This document shows positions 53,709 to 64,000 of a DNA stretch of 64,000 nucleotides, one piece after another. The DNA is from Diadema antillarum. Lineage: Eukaryota. Under the pieces are notes generated by a model. It was not told the DNA's origin. It did no database searches and saw only the letters and a list, made by a program, of their open reading frames with translations. A program made the position numbers and the translations under genes. Positions within the stretch are counted from its first letter, which is position 1. Every line of letters begins with the position of its first letter. The stretch lies in NCBI RefSeq assembly GCF_040938485.1, contig NW_027271590.1:496001-560000 (forward strand), given 5' to 3'.

Positions 53709-55257
53709 TTAATGCTTTAAAAATAATCAAATCATTAATTAGATGGAAGAGATGGCACTTTAAAAAAATGACTTTTGTAATTCTTCTGTCCTAATGTACA
53801 ATGTACATACAGGGTACAGTTTTGTCTGTGTATTGTAACATGAGTGAGTTGATGATATAATACCCTCACAACTTTTTGTGTATTCAATTAAAACTTGTAC
53901 ATCTACAAATGAAAGTCAGAAAATGTGTTATTTTTAGCTAACAAGTAAAAGCTAGTTCCCCTACCAAGATATATCAGAGTTAACATTTGCTCTTTTTTAT
54001 TTTGGGTGATTTTAAGACAAGTTTTATATTACACAGCTGAAATACGAAATTTTTGTCATTTCTGTAATCATATGAAATGAATAAGAAATTGTGAGAACAT
54101 GACATCGACAACTTGCTGATTTGAAGACTCACAGGGACTGGTCAAGAAATGTGTTAAGAAAAAATGTGAAATGTCAAAATGTCCTATCTTCTATTTTCCT
54201 ATCTTCCATTTATTTTTGTTTTTGTCATTTTTGCAATGTTCTGTAGGGAATATTTTTCTCTTTCATTTGAAATTCATTTTTTGGGTGGATTTCATCTTTA
54301 ATCATTATAGATAATGAATGATATCGATAAAAACAATAAAGACAAAAATGAAAATGAAGATGATAATAATCACCATAATAGTCATGAAATATATCTGCAC
54401 TTCTGTAATCCATGGAAGGTAGCCTCTGCAGTCATATCAATAGAGCTCTGCCATAGAGAGCCCTACCGTACAACGTACCAAAGTACCCTACAAACTGGTT
54501 TAAGAGAGACATTGTGAGCCAGACTTCTTGTCCTGGAAGGATGAATACAACACCAGCCTCACACATGTTTTGAAATCAGTACCTTCTGTATAAAAGTCTT
54601 ACAATAGTACCCATTACCTAAAAGTCTTACAAATAAAACAACACAAACTCTTTAAAAGTATTCAAAATTTCAAGTTGACATCGTCTTCAGCAGTTTTTGC
54701 TTGTTTGCTGTACAATTTGCGTTGCTTATTTCTTTTTACATTTAGTTTTACCTGTCCACATAACCTCAACTGGATGAACAGATACCCTCTTTTATACAGA
54801 CTGTATCACCAAGTGCTCTCTTTTCAAATGGTGGTTGGACTTGAATAGTCTTTATCTAACTTGATTGCCAGCCTTTTATATCAACTTTAAAAAAAAAAAA
54901 AAAATCAATTTTTTAGAGGTATCTGGTGGTAGATCACATTTGTACACAGCTCAGCAGTACCGGTACTCAAAAAATCTGCATCAAGTAGGACCTAACCATT
55001 CAGAATGCATTCCATGCAAATTTCAATTATGTGTCACTGTCTGCTTTTGTACATTTTTTTTTTTTAAGTTGTAGACATGATGGTTCTCACTAGATCTTTC
55101 ATAATATTCAGTCATCTACATGTACTCTTCTGAAGGCAGAAAGGTGCAAATTTACAACAAGACTAGACATCTATTTTTAAGTGGCTCGTAATTTTGTGGG
55201 TTTACATGATTAATACATCATACTGTGATGTGAGATGTGATGAGATAGGGCATGGCC

Positions 55258-56026
55258 TAACTGCGACCAGCCCCAACACGCAGTGTTGGGGCTGCGCATT
55301 GTAGCAGACATGATCATGACAGGCGAAGTGTAGCGCCTAAAAATCAATATGAAATCGCAAAAATTCTGCAATATGAAGACTTACAGGTGAAGATGTAATG
55401 TTGAAGACTGACTGCGTTCAACTTTTGGTTCTGGCAATAGTCCCTTTCTGCTCGGTTTGATGAGTTAAATGCGACTCGGTCGAGAGGAACTCGGGAGAAC
55501 TACATCTTATACGGTCAATGGATTTGAGATTTGTGCGCATGCGCTGGCCGTCAAGTCGTGTAGCTTTGTGGCAAGGCTTTATCATACTGTTGGCAAACCC
55601 TCTCGCTGTATATTGAGTTGCTTTCTGGGTGGGTGCGCGCGCGCAGGCCTTGTCAGAAGGCTAAACGCATTGCGACTCCGCCGGCACATGAATATTTACG
55701 TGCGCAGTGTACTGCATACTGATTTCGAAAATGGTGAATGGGATGGGGAGCTAGGACTACGGACCCGTATATGGCCGTGAAAAAAACGTTTTTTCAAGAT
55801 CATTGGACCAGTGTGAACAAGAACAAGGTGAACGAAGGGTATTAATTAGATAAGAATCTTATGTATACTATAAAAGTACGTTTTTTCCTCGTGATATTCG
55901 AAACTTACGGAGGTGCGAAAATCTGTGACAGACTGTGTATGTTTTTCAAGCTTACCGATATAGCACTCTATTGACTCAGGACGCTCCCACAGTGTGTAAC
56001 TGTGTATACGGAGCGTCCCGGGGTTA
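55258..56026. mobile_element. 769-bp non-autonomous element with 9-bp TSD and subterminal hairpins (MULE-like by TSD length; unclassified)
   Basis: Perfect flanking direct repeat ggcatggcc at 55249-55257 and 56027-56035. Termini TAAC...GTTA. Hairpins at 55268-55294 and 55979-56018. Confidence 0.8.
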
Positions 56027-56155
56027 GGCATGGCCATGGTGAAAAGAATTTAATGCTAGCCTAACGTTTCAGGTAACATGAATAGCACCAGTACGACGCT
56101 GATGAAAATTTGGTTTTGTAAACTACACTGTAAAGTGTAACATCATGCAGAAAAT

Positions 56156-56191
56156 TAACTGCGACCAGCCCCAAGGAGCGTCCTGGGGTTA
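56156..56191. mobile_element. 36-bp mini-derivative of the 55258-56026 element
   Basis: Consists of the first 19 nt and last 17 nt (one substitution) of the larger element. Flanked by gcagaaaat (56147-56155) and gtagaaaat (56192-56200). Confidence 0.8.
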
Positions 56192-56629
56192 GTAGAAAAT
56201 CAGCAACAAACAACACCATACATTTCAAAAGACACAAGGTTATAAATATCGCCTTTGACGCCGCAGTTCCCATGTTTCCAGTTGATACCCCTACCATGCT
56301 TTATTTGTACACTGTCACTGTGTAAAGATTGTAGGTTGTACCCATCGTAGAATCTAGAACTATGTTGAATTGTTCTGTCTTGATGCCCAACATTACGTCA
56401 GTCGCCCATAGCCAAGCACAGGCAGCGCAGTGCGGTGGAATGCACGGCGCATAAAGACATACTGTACAGTCGGATCCTACAGCATGCAGCAGCAGCAATC
56501 CGCCAGCAGGTCTGGCCACCGTTGCGTTAGATACAGATAAACTCGATTATTTTGAACAGCATATGTGGATAATACGTGGGATAACAAGTGCGGTGTAATA
56601 CAGTGTAATACAGAAAATCATTGACTTAC

Positions 56630-56770
56630 GTCTGTAAACCACCACGGCCAGTAGTTTTCCAAATAAGTCAGTCTGTCTTGATGAGAAGTAATTCTCAGCT
56701 CAGGATGTGATCCTCAACGTTCCGTTGGTCGCGTAGTGTGTGTGTGTATGTGCAGCAATACCGGAAGTGC
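56630..56770 (-). promoter_or_regulatory. Candidate non-coding first exon and promoter of SIPA1L
   Basis: CpG-rich zone with an ETS-type site CCGGAAGT (56761-56768) and a consensus donor C|GTAAGT at 56630/56629. The TSS position is inferred. Confidence 0.55.
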
Positions 56771-56839
56771 ACAAAATACAAAAGACATCGCGCATCGACC
56801 GTAACCGTATGCGACGTGAACGAGAGGAGGCGTACTCAC

Positions 56840-56900
56840 CGAACTCCTGCGGCATACCTACAGCAGTAGCGGGCGTCGCCAACTAAAGAACCCGGTAACT
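56840..56900 (-). promoter_or_regulatory. Second candidate non-coding first exon on the minus strand
   Basis: Consensus donor G|GTGAGT at 56840/56839 in the same CpG-rich zone. The upstream boundary is unknown. Confidence 0.4.
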
Positions 56901-57139
56901 AAAGGCATAAAAAGTAGGCCTGCTACTATAGTTAGTAGTAGTTGTGGCAAAGTATTTATTTTATGATCTGACCAAGTTAGCTTATACGAGATGATTCATA
57001 TACTCAGTATTCTCCTCTAATAATATTCAGATCAAAGAGATCACAAAGATTTTCTTCGCAGCTGTGTCAAATAGGATAATGATATAATAATAATATAATA
57101 ATGTATTAGCTTAGGATCTGCACAAACAATGCGTCATAA

Positions 57140-57330
57140 TGATAATAATAGTATAAACGACGACGATGATGGTGATCATGATGATGATCATGATGATGAT
57201 AGTGATAATAATAATGATAATAATAATAATAATGATAAAGCAATAAGAATAAGAAGAAGAATATGAATAAGAATAATGAGAATGATACTTATTTTCATAA
57301 GTATTATCTGTTTTATTTTGTCTATATTAA
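57140..57330. repeat. ATA/ATG/AAG trinucleotide low-complexity tract
   Basis: Directly visible. Confidence 0.9.
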
Positions 57331-57795
57331 TCATCATCCGATCATCATTGTAGTCATCATCTTGGTGCTTGGCTGTCGTATTTTCAAGTTCTAAATGACA
57401 AGAAGCCAAGTCAGACACAATTAACGATCATAACGGTTGGGATTATAGGTAGAAAGGAGGGCATGTTTAATATAAAAAAAACTTGACCTCGGGAAATATT
57501 GTTCCATCAATGATTACTCAAATGACTCATTATAAATCTTGTGGTTGTTTAAGAAAGTTGTGTATATCATTATGACTTTTGAAGATTACATAGGCTTAGT
57601 GAAGAAAATTGAGATTGAATATAGATTTTGGATTTAGCGGTTAAAACCTATCTCGTGTCAAAGACACCTTTATCATAATTAAAATTATAACTTAAATGCT
57701 CTATCAAATCGGTATGATTGTGCTGCTGAGGAAGTTGAGTCAGTTGTCAGCGTGTAAGGCAAATGACACATGATTGTGATACGCAATGAAGGTTA

Positions 57796-57860
57796 TTCAT
57801 TCATTCATTCATTCATTCATTCATTCATTCATTCACTCATTCATTCATTCATTCATTCAT
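57796..57860. repeat. (ATTC)n microsatellite
   Basis: Directly visible. Confidence 0.95.
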
Positions 57861-58499
57861 TCATTCGTTCGTTCATTCATTCCCTGAAAGCTGAGCATGT
57901 CTCATCTATATAACATGTATTAGGTGGTATTATAAATTGATATGCGGTAATACATTATTTTTTCAATGTATAGCTGACTGAGTTGTAATTGTTTTCTGAA
58001 AATACATTGTAAGTGAAACTTCAAAATTATAGAGCATTATGATTAAGGATCGTCCGATACGAATAAAATCGTTTTTCATATGTGCGGCAGTATTCTGTTA
58101 TCAATGTCGAAGTGAAAGATACACATAATATTTTTATGATTATATTAGAGTTCCGGGCTGAAGTGCGACCAGGACATAATCTGCGTTTATGTTGTTAACG
58201 GAGGAGCATTAAGGAATGAGTCGCGCCGCTGGTTGAGTGTCTTGATATTTGGATTGAGATATTGCTGGAAATTGAGCAAGAAGCCTGTGTTAATGTGAAT
58301 TTGGTTGAGATGGGACTTCAGGTTTCCAACTTTATCTTTTAGATAACGAGAAACCTTTTGTGAAATATAAAAGAGCGTATATGTATATGATATTCTAAGA
58401 GAAATGCAAAGTATTATCATGGTTGTGAAATGCTAAGATATCTAAAACGATGTGATCCTAATAAAAGGTGGTAGGCCTACCCAACTTTTTTTTTCCGAA

Positions 58500-59231
58500 T
58501 ATAGGTTTGTTTTACTCGTCTTTGGAAATCTCAGCCATTTCAAAACCGATTTTCATCAACAGAAATTATAAACTTTGACGTCCTCTTAAGGGCTTTTTAC
58601 ACTTGTAAATTTTTGCTTAGCCCCGGACCAACGGTGGGGCTAAGGGGGGGGGGGGGGCCTTAGCCCCACCGTTGGTACGGGACTATCCTTAGCCCACTTT
58701 CTGTTTACACTCGTTTTTGCCAAAGTGGGCTAGCCCCACCGATAGTACGGTACTATCTGGCCCTGCAAAATAGCGGGATTTAGCACCGCAATTGCGGTGC
58801 TAGCACCGCAATTGTGGTGCCAAGCAAGTGAGTGTAAACAGAACGAAAAAATAATCCTGGGCTATTAAGCGACGGAGACGAAGTCCGACCCTCACTGACC
58901 AATCAGAAACGAGGTAATCAAGTGCTGCCGGTGCGTGCGTGTACGTGTACAGTACACAGCGTAATTATGAATATTCATGTGGTTTGGAAAGTCCGGGGCT
59001 AAGAAATACGAGTGTAAAAAGGTCAGTTTTCTCCTTAGCCCCGGACAAGAGATAGTACGGGACTAATTGGCGAGTGTAAAAAGCTGAAAAAATTGGTACG
59101 GGACTAACGATAGTCCTGGGTCAGAGAAAGTCCGGGGTTAAGAAACACAAGTGTAAAAAGCCCTTTAGAGTTGTATACCTATATGCTCTTTACGGCATCT
59201 CATAAAGTTGTGTCTAAATACTGTATGATCT
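58500..59231. mobile_element. Decayed relative of the 27881-28231 element, split by Harbinger MITE copy 2
   Basis: Shared segments gccatttcaaaacc.attttcatc, ataaactttga..tcctctta, tatgctct.tac and atctca.aaagttg on both sides of the insertion. Boundaries approximate. Confidence 0.6.
58589..59164. mobile_element. PIF/Harbinger-like MITE, copy 2 (576 bp)
   Basis: Same TIRs and a perfect TTA/TTA duplication. Differs from copy 1 by roughly 7 substitutions and 2 indels by eye. Confidence 0.9.
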
Positions 59232-59252
59232 ATGCGCATGTCATGCCTGCTT

Positions 59253-59394
59253 CAGGGGGGCGTTTCATCAACGTGTTCGTCGGAGGTTTTCACCGACAAA
59301 TTTGCTATCAGCCAATCAGACGCAAGGATTTCAGTAGCTTTTGACAGTTGTCGGTGTAAATCACCGACAAAAAGTTTCATGAAACGGTCCCCTG
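59253..59394. mobile_element. Harbinger-like MITE (about 140 bp)
   Basis: TIR cagggggcgtttcatcaac / gtttcatgaaacggtcccctg, with CWG-type ends. Confidence 0.7.
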
Positions 59395-60117
59395 ATATAA
59401 TTAGTATAGAATCATAAGCGCACGCACGTTGTGCGCTTAGAACTAAATTCTTTGGTGTAAAAGTACCCACTTATAAGCTGTAAGTGAGTAATTGTATGGG
59501 TTATGCTTATTCTTTATTTCTTCTCCCACGCCTTTCTCTCTCTGCCAGATTACACCTGATTCAAGAGTGTTTTATAGCCAATGCCTTATAAGTGAAATAA
59601 GGGTTGGATCGTACAAATGCCGAGTGCAAATAAAACGGTCAGTTTAATGACATTCCATTAAGATCGATATAGATATCATAGGAATTTTAAGCTGAAAGAT
59701 ATAGATTAGAAAGTCATAGATAGAACTAGATTGATAGATAGTAGACAAAATATAGATAGATGGATAGACAGACAGACGGACAAACAACTCAAGCAAATAA
59801 TATTACGTGTATTTCGAAGCATCGTGAGCATATACAGCCGACTCTGAAAGTAGGAGTTTGATAAGTAGGCCAAATTGACCGTCCTCATCATAATATTGTT
59901 TGAATTCACGCAAGTAGGCATATATACTGCATACACTAAAATACATTGAAATAAATTCCGGCCACAGAAATAATGGCCGCAGTTCATACTTTCATTGTCA
60001 TTGCATACGGATCACAAATACATTCTATCTAACTGCCCCAATTAAATACATCACAATCTTCTGAAATCGTGGAATATATATATGCCATTAATGGAATAAA
60101 GAAAAAAAATAATTAAT

Positions 60118-60875
60118 TGGTAAAAGAGCTAAAGGTCTATGATTAGAAATATTCTTATCATTTTTATACACAGGTACTACCTGCACCTTAAGCTTGTTGG
60201 GAACAACTCCCTGTAATGTGATTTGTTAAATTTATCACACATCAGGGGCTCTGCAAACAAAATATAATGAAAACATTCTTTGACTACCCTAGGGGCAATA
60301 TCATCAGACCCACTTGACTTTCCTGGCTTAAGGGTCGAAACAACTTTTGAGATTTCAAAAATGGAAGTTGGTTTTGAAAATAGAGACCCATTATCCCTAG
60401 TCGGCTGGATCTGGATCTGGTGAGATACTGCACAAACTCCCACATCAGGGATATAAACGTGCAGGCATGGTCGAGCGAGCGGAGTGTTTATATATTGCTT
60501 TAAATACTGATGTGAAGATTTATGGACAGAAGAAATTTCACTGCTTAGTTTATAGCTGGCAACCTAATAAAATATTGATTAAAACAGTCAGCCTTCTTTT
60601 TTGAAGCCAATAAACGACCTTCATGGAACGTATATATCTTGGGGAAACATTTGTTTTTTAGCCCGTCCCAATATATCATTAATATGCGACCATGTATATC
60701 TCTCACAGCTTCCTGAAACAAAATCTTGTAAAATCTTTGTTTGGCTAGCTGGAGAGTAGTGACTAGAATATTTTTATAATCAACATACTTTTTTCTTGTC
60801 AACATCAGTCGGTCTAAATAGGTAAAGTTTGTGTTTACGATTTATTGATTTCATACGGCCATTGGTAACCCAAGG
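60118..60875 (-). pseudogene. Decayed LINE ORF2 fragment (CR1/L2/Crack-type), endonuclease-RT linker and start of RT
   Basis: Frameshifted peptide PWVTNGRMKSINRKHKLY...KKYVDYKNILVTTLQLAKQRFY...PTSIFEISKVVSTLKPGKSSGSDDIAPRVVK...PL...FP...LKVQVVPVYKNDKNISNHRPLALLP. This matches the canonical PW.T..I / K.K..G.D.I / V.P.YK...NYRPISLLP motifs. Confidence 0.85.
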
Positions 60876-61189
60876 CCTTATTACATGTAGATATTTTAAC
60901 AACAGGAAAACATTTATCTTTTTTCTTGTACATCTGTATATAAATGTATATGTTATAAAATGTTTTAAATGTAATAACTGTTATTAATGTTGTGAATGTT
61001 TTTATATGCTATAAATGTTTATATGTTATATAATACAGTAGGCCCCACTCACAAGCTGTGCTTCTTGGGGACTGTGTTTGGTTAAGTTTCCAATGAATTT
61101 GAGTAAAATACCACAGTATAGACCTACTATAGACCGATTCAAGCGACTGTTCATGGAAGTGCGCCCTCTTAAGGCGACGCCATAACTGG

Positions 61190-61450
61190 GGGGCCAAACA
61201 GGCTGGGTCGGCAAGCGCCCTGCGTGCGTAGCAAGGGTGCCAGCGGCAGCCAGTGCTTTTACCAACCGGCGCCAGCCGGCCAGCTAGCTATCTCTGGCGC
61301 TGGCAGCGATCGACGCATCTGGCTTTGTGACAACAAGAGTCTACTTTTCTTTTTTCGCTAGCTAATTAAAAAAAAAAATTAAACAACTTATACCGACTAT
61401 GAGCGAATGGGTAGATGACATACGGCTGTAGCCAAAACTTGAATTTCAAG
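61190..61450 (+). promoter_or_regulatory. Candidate first exon of a divergent plus-strand transcription unit
   Basis: GC/CpG-rich block ending in donor CAAG|GTAAAT at 61450/61451. No coding evidence. Confidence 0.35.
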
Positions 61451-62589
61451 GTAAATATCGGCACGATCCGTGAATGTTTGTAGACTATTTCTTTGGCGAT
61501 GACTTGGGTACTCGCGTGTAAGCCCCGTAGATTCACATTTGTGGAAGAGAATAAAAACCGCTGGGGAGAATTATTGCTAGGCGCAGGCAGACGTCTTGCT
61601 AATAAGCCTAGGCTGTTGACAAGTTAACTGATATATAATTAAATACAAATAATGAATAAGAATCTTGAGCTAGATATGGCGCAATAAATTGCAAGCTATC
61701 AGTTAACTTAACCTAATTTTAGGGCAGGCTAGGCTTTACTCGGGAGTGTCGGGCCAGCAGGGTACAATCTGTCTAACGTTAGATCTTGTCTAGAAATCTA
61801 GGCAAGAGTCCAGACTAGATCTAGACCTATTGACTTCTAGAACCCGTCCCTACACGACGGGTGTCGATAACTTCAGGCAAGCCTAACTAAGCAAACCAAA
61901 CGGAATATAAATCTAGGCGTTTCTGATAGGCCGTATATGCCTAAACTTACGAAACGACTACGTCGCCTGATGTCTACAACCAAAACTTCTACTGTTTTAG
62001 GTCTAAGTAACCTTGCATAACATCACGCTAACGCCTAATATCATAATCTACAAAAGTGATTTTTAAATCATACTTTCTTAGTATGATTATGAAACGGATG
62101 TTTGCCACCATCCATGATTTAATATTTATAAGTATCACTTTATCAAAAGTCAAATTCAGAGTTCCAGGCCAAAATTGAATAGGCCTATGGTTAATTCAGT
62201 GCTGAACATTGAAGAAGTGCAAACAATATAAGAATTCAACGCATCTTGAAACATTTATTTAGCTGTAGTGTAGGCTGTAAAATGTTTGTCATAATAATAC
62301 AGTCTAGCCAGGAAGTGTATTCTAACTTTGGCAAGTAGGACACGAAGGATTTGTAAAAAAAAAAAAAAAATCAAAAAAAAAATCAAAAAAAAAAATCAGT
62401 GAATTATCAAATTCTTTGATCTTTGATCTAAACTTGTCTTCTAAGATGAACAACATATTTTACGAATATTCAGTGATAACCTAATTAAATAGAGAATCTA
62501 GTAGACATAGTTTGTTTCGAAATCTGTGCATTTTTATACCGTTGTATTTCACTTAATTGTCTTTAATTTTGCCTTGATTTATTATGCGT

Positions 62590-62781
62590 CAGCGGTGTCT
62601 GAATTTCACACACTGCCGTGCAGTCTCCATTTCCATTTTTCTGTTATTTGTGTACCCAACAACTGCACGATGTGTTTTCCTGATCCTTCCTTTGAAGCTT
62701 TCAAAGTAGATCAATATGTCTGAATCACTCAATTTGTCCAAAAGAAGGGCATTAAAAGCCGCTGAATGACTTTTCCACACA
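62590..62781 (+). promoter_or_regulatory. Second candidate plus-strand first exon
   Basis: Donor CACA|GTGAGT at 62781/62782, followed by a very GC/CpG-rich stretch. Confidence 0.35.
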
Positions 62782-63006
62782 GTGAGTAAACAATCACAAT
62801 TGATTAGCGCGGCGCCGGCGGTCGCCGGCCGCGGCGCAGCGGCCAGGCCCGGCTAACTATGCGCGATGGGTACGCTAGGCTGCTAGCTGCAAGTGCAACT
62901 CGCTGGGTAGCTAGCTCGCGGAAGCCCCCGTTGGCCCCCAGTTATGGCGACCGTTATAGCGCCGCTAGCGGCGGTAGGTGAATAGGTCATCGAAATTGAA
63001 TCGGTC

Positions 63007-63330
63007 TATTGACCGATTCTGTGACGCGCTATGTGTATTTTTGGCATGCGCGCAGCCATACTGGGTGTATCATCCGACCCCCCCTCCACACTCCCCCACC
63101 CCTCTCCCTACATTAGCACGCGCGCAGAATGAAAAACTGCTTTAGCCAATAGGCGTCTCGTATACTGAGTGCGCGAATGCTTGCTTAGTGCGCGAACCTT
63201 TGTTACAAGTGCGTGATAAACATGTTGCCCCGGGGTGGGGGAGAGCAGGGGGGGTCGGCTGATACACACCATGGCTGCGCCCTGTGCCGTAAAATGTCTG
63301 CTGCCCTCAACGAACCCGAATCGGTCAATA
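63007..63330. mobile_element. 324-bp fold-back MITE with TA-bounded ends
   Basis: Outer IR tattgaccgattc (63007-63019) / gaatcggtcaata (63318-63330). Inner imperfect IR of about 55 bp (63050-63102 versus 63232-63290). Confidence 0.75.
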
Positions 63331-64000
63331 ACGCTCTACTAAAGTACAGTACTTGTAAAATACCAAATCAGTGTGATGATAAGATATAGGGGCAAGGGGG
63401 CGCTCTTCATTGTGTACTCCAGTGCCGTATATTAAGAGAGTCTGGCCAACTCATAAATTGGACGCCATGTCGTTACCCAGCGTACAGTGCGCTTATGGTT
63501 TAAGCGTGTGCGCTTGGAAGTTAGCGTCCCAAAGGCGCAAGACTGTGTTGCTTGACTTTTTTTTTTTCAATAGAGAGAGAGAGTAGTAGAGAGGGAGAGA
63601 GAGAGGGGTGTAGATTGGGGGAGGGACATTCTTTCATTCCATCCACATTGAACAAAGCCAACAATCAATCATTTTTACACATTCAAATAGACACAAGTAG
63701 TTATGGGGCGGCTGTCTAAAGGACATAATTCCTGAATATAAATATGATAGATTATTGCTGTCAAAATAAAAGAAGAATTCATAGTATGCAGCTTCGTAAA
63801 CTTTCACTAGACCTTATGCTATATCGTATTTAGCAAGTTGTCCAGGGAACAAAAGTATAATATAACAAAATGATATATAAATTTACAAGTCTATAGCTGT
63901 GCACAGACGATAGACAAATTCCACAGTTATTACTGTTTCGCACGTAAGGAACCATCAATTACCATACCATCCTATTTAGTACCATATGTATGAAACTGAC

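Noticed and set aside
55469-55780. 103-aa ORF inside the 769-bp element
   Set aside because: No transposase or other recognisable motif; likely a chance ORF in GC-rich DNA.
58187-58420. 77-aa minus-strand ORF with protein-like composition
   Set aside because: Could be a decayed TE or an exon fragment, but I recognise no motif; BLASTX is needed.

Overview
AT-rich, intron-rich animal genomic DNA, probably an echinoderm such as a sea urchin (inferred from composition and repeat style only). The main feature is the 5' part of a SIPA1L/SPAR-family Rap GTPase-activating protein gene on the minus strand. Four coding exons (19136-17784, 13234-13068, 8919-8774, 6370-6219) splice in frame through canonical GT-AG junctions to give 606 codons. 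The gene continues beyond the left edge, so the catalytic RapGAP, PDZ and C-terminal regions are not in the window. About 37 kb of 5' intron or UTR territory lies upstream, with candidate non-coding first exons in a CpG-rich zone at about 56.6-56.9 kb. Candidate plus-strand first exons of a divergent unit lie at about 61.2-62.8 kb. The rest is non-autonomous DNA transposons (PIF/Harbinger-like, TTAA/Kolobok-like, TA-flanked, hAT-like, several nested), a decayed CR1/L2/Crack-type LINE fragment, a decayed tRNA-derived SINE, tandem duplications and microsatellites. The most unusual observation is a 769-bp hairpin-ended element with a 9-bp target-site duplication and almost no TIR. It lies 130 bp from a 36-bp element made only of its two ends, which has its own 9-bp duplication. 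Nearly all other ORFs in the supplied track look spurious. No rRNA, tRNA or CRISPR array was recognised.
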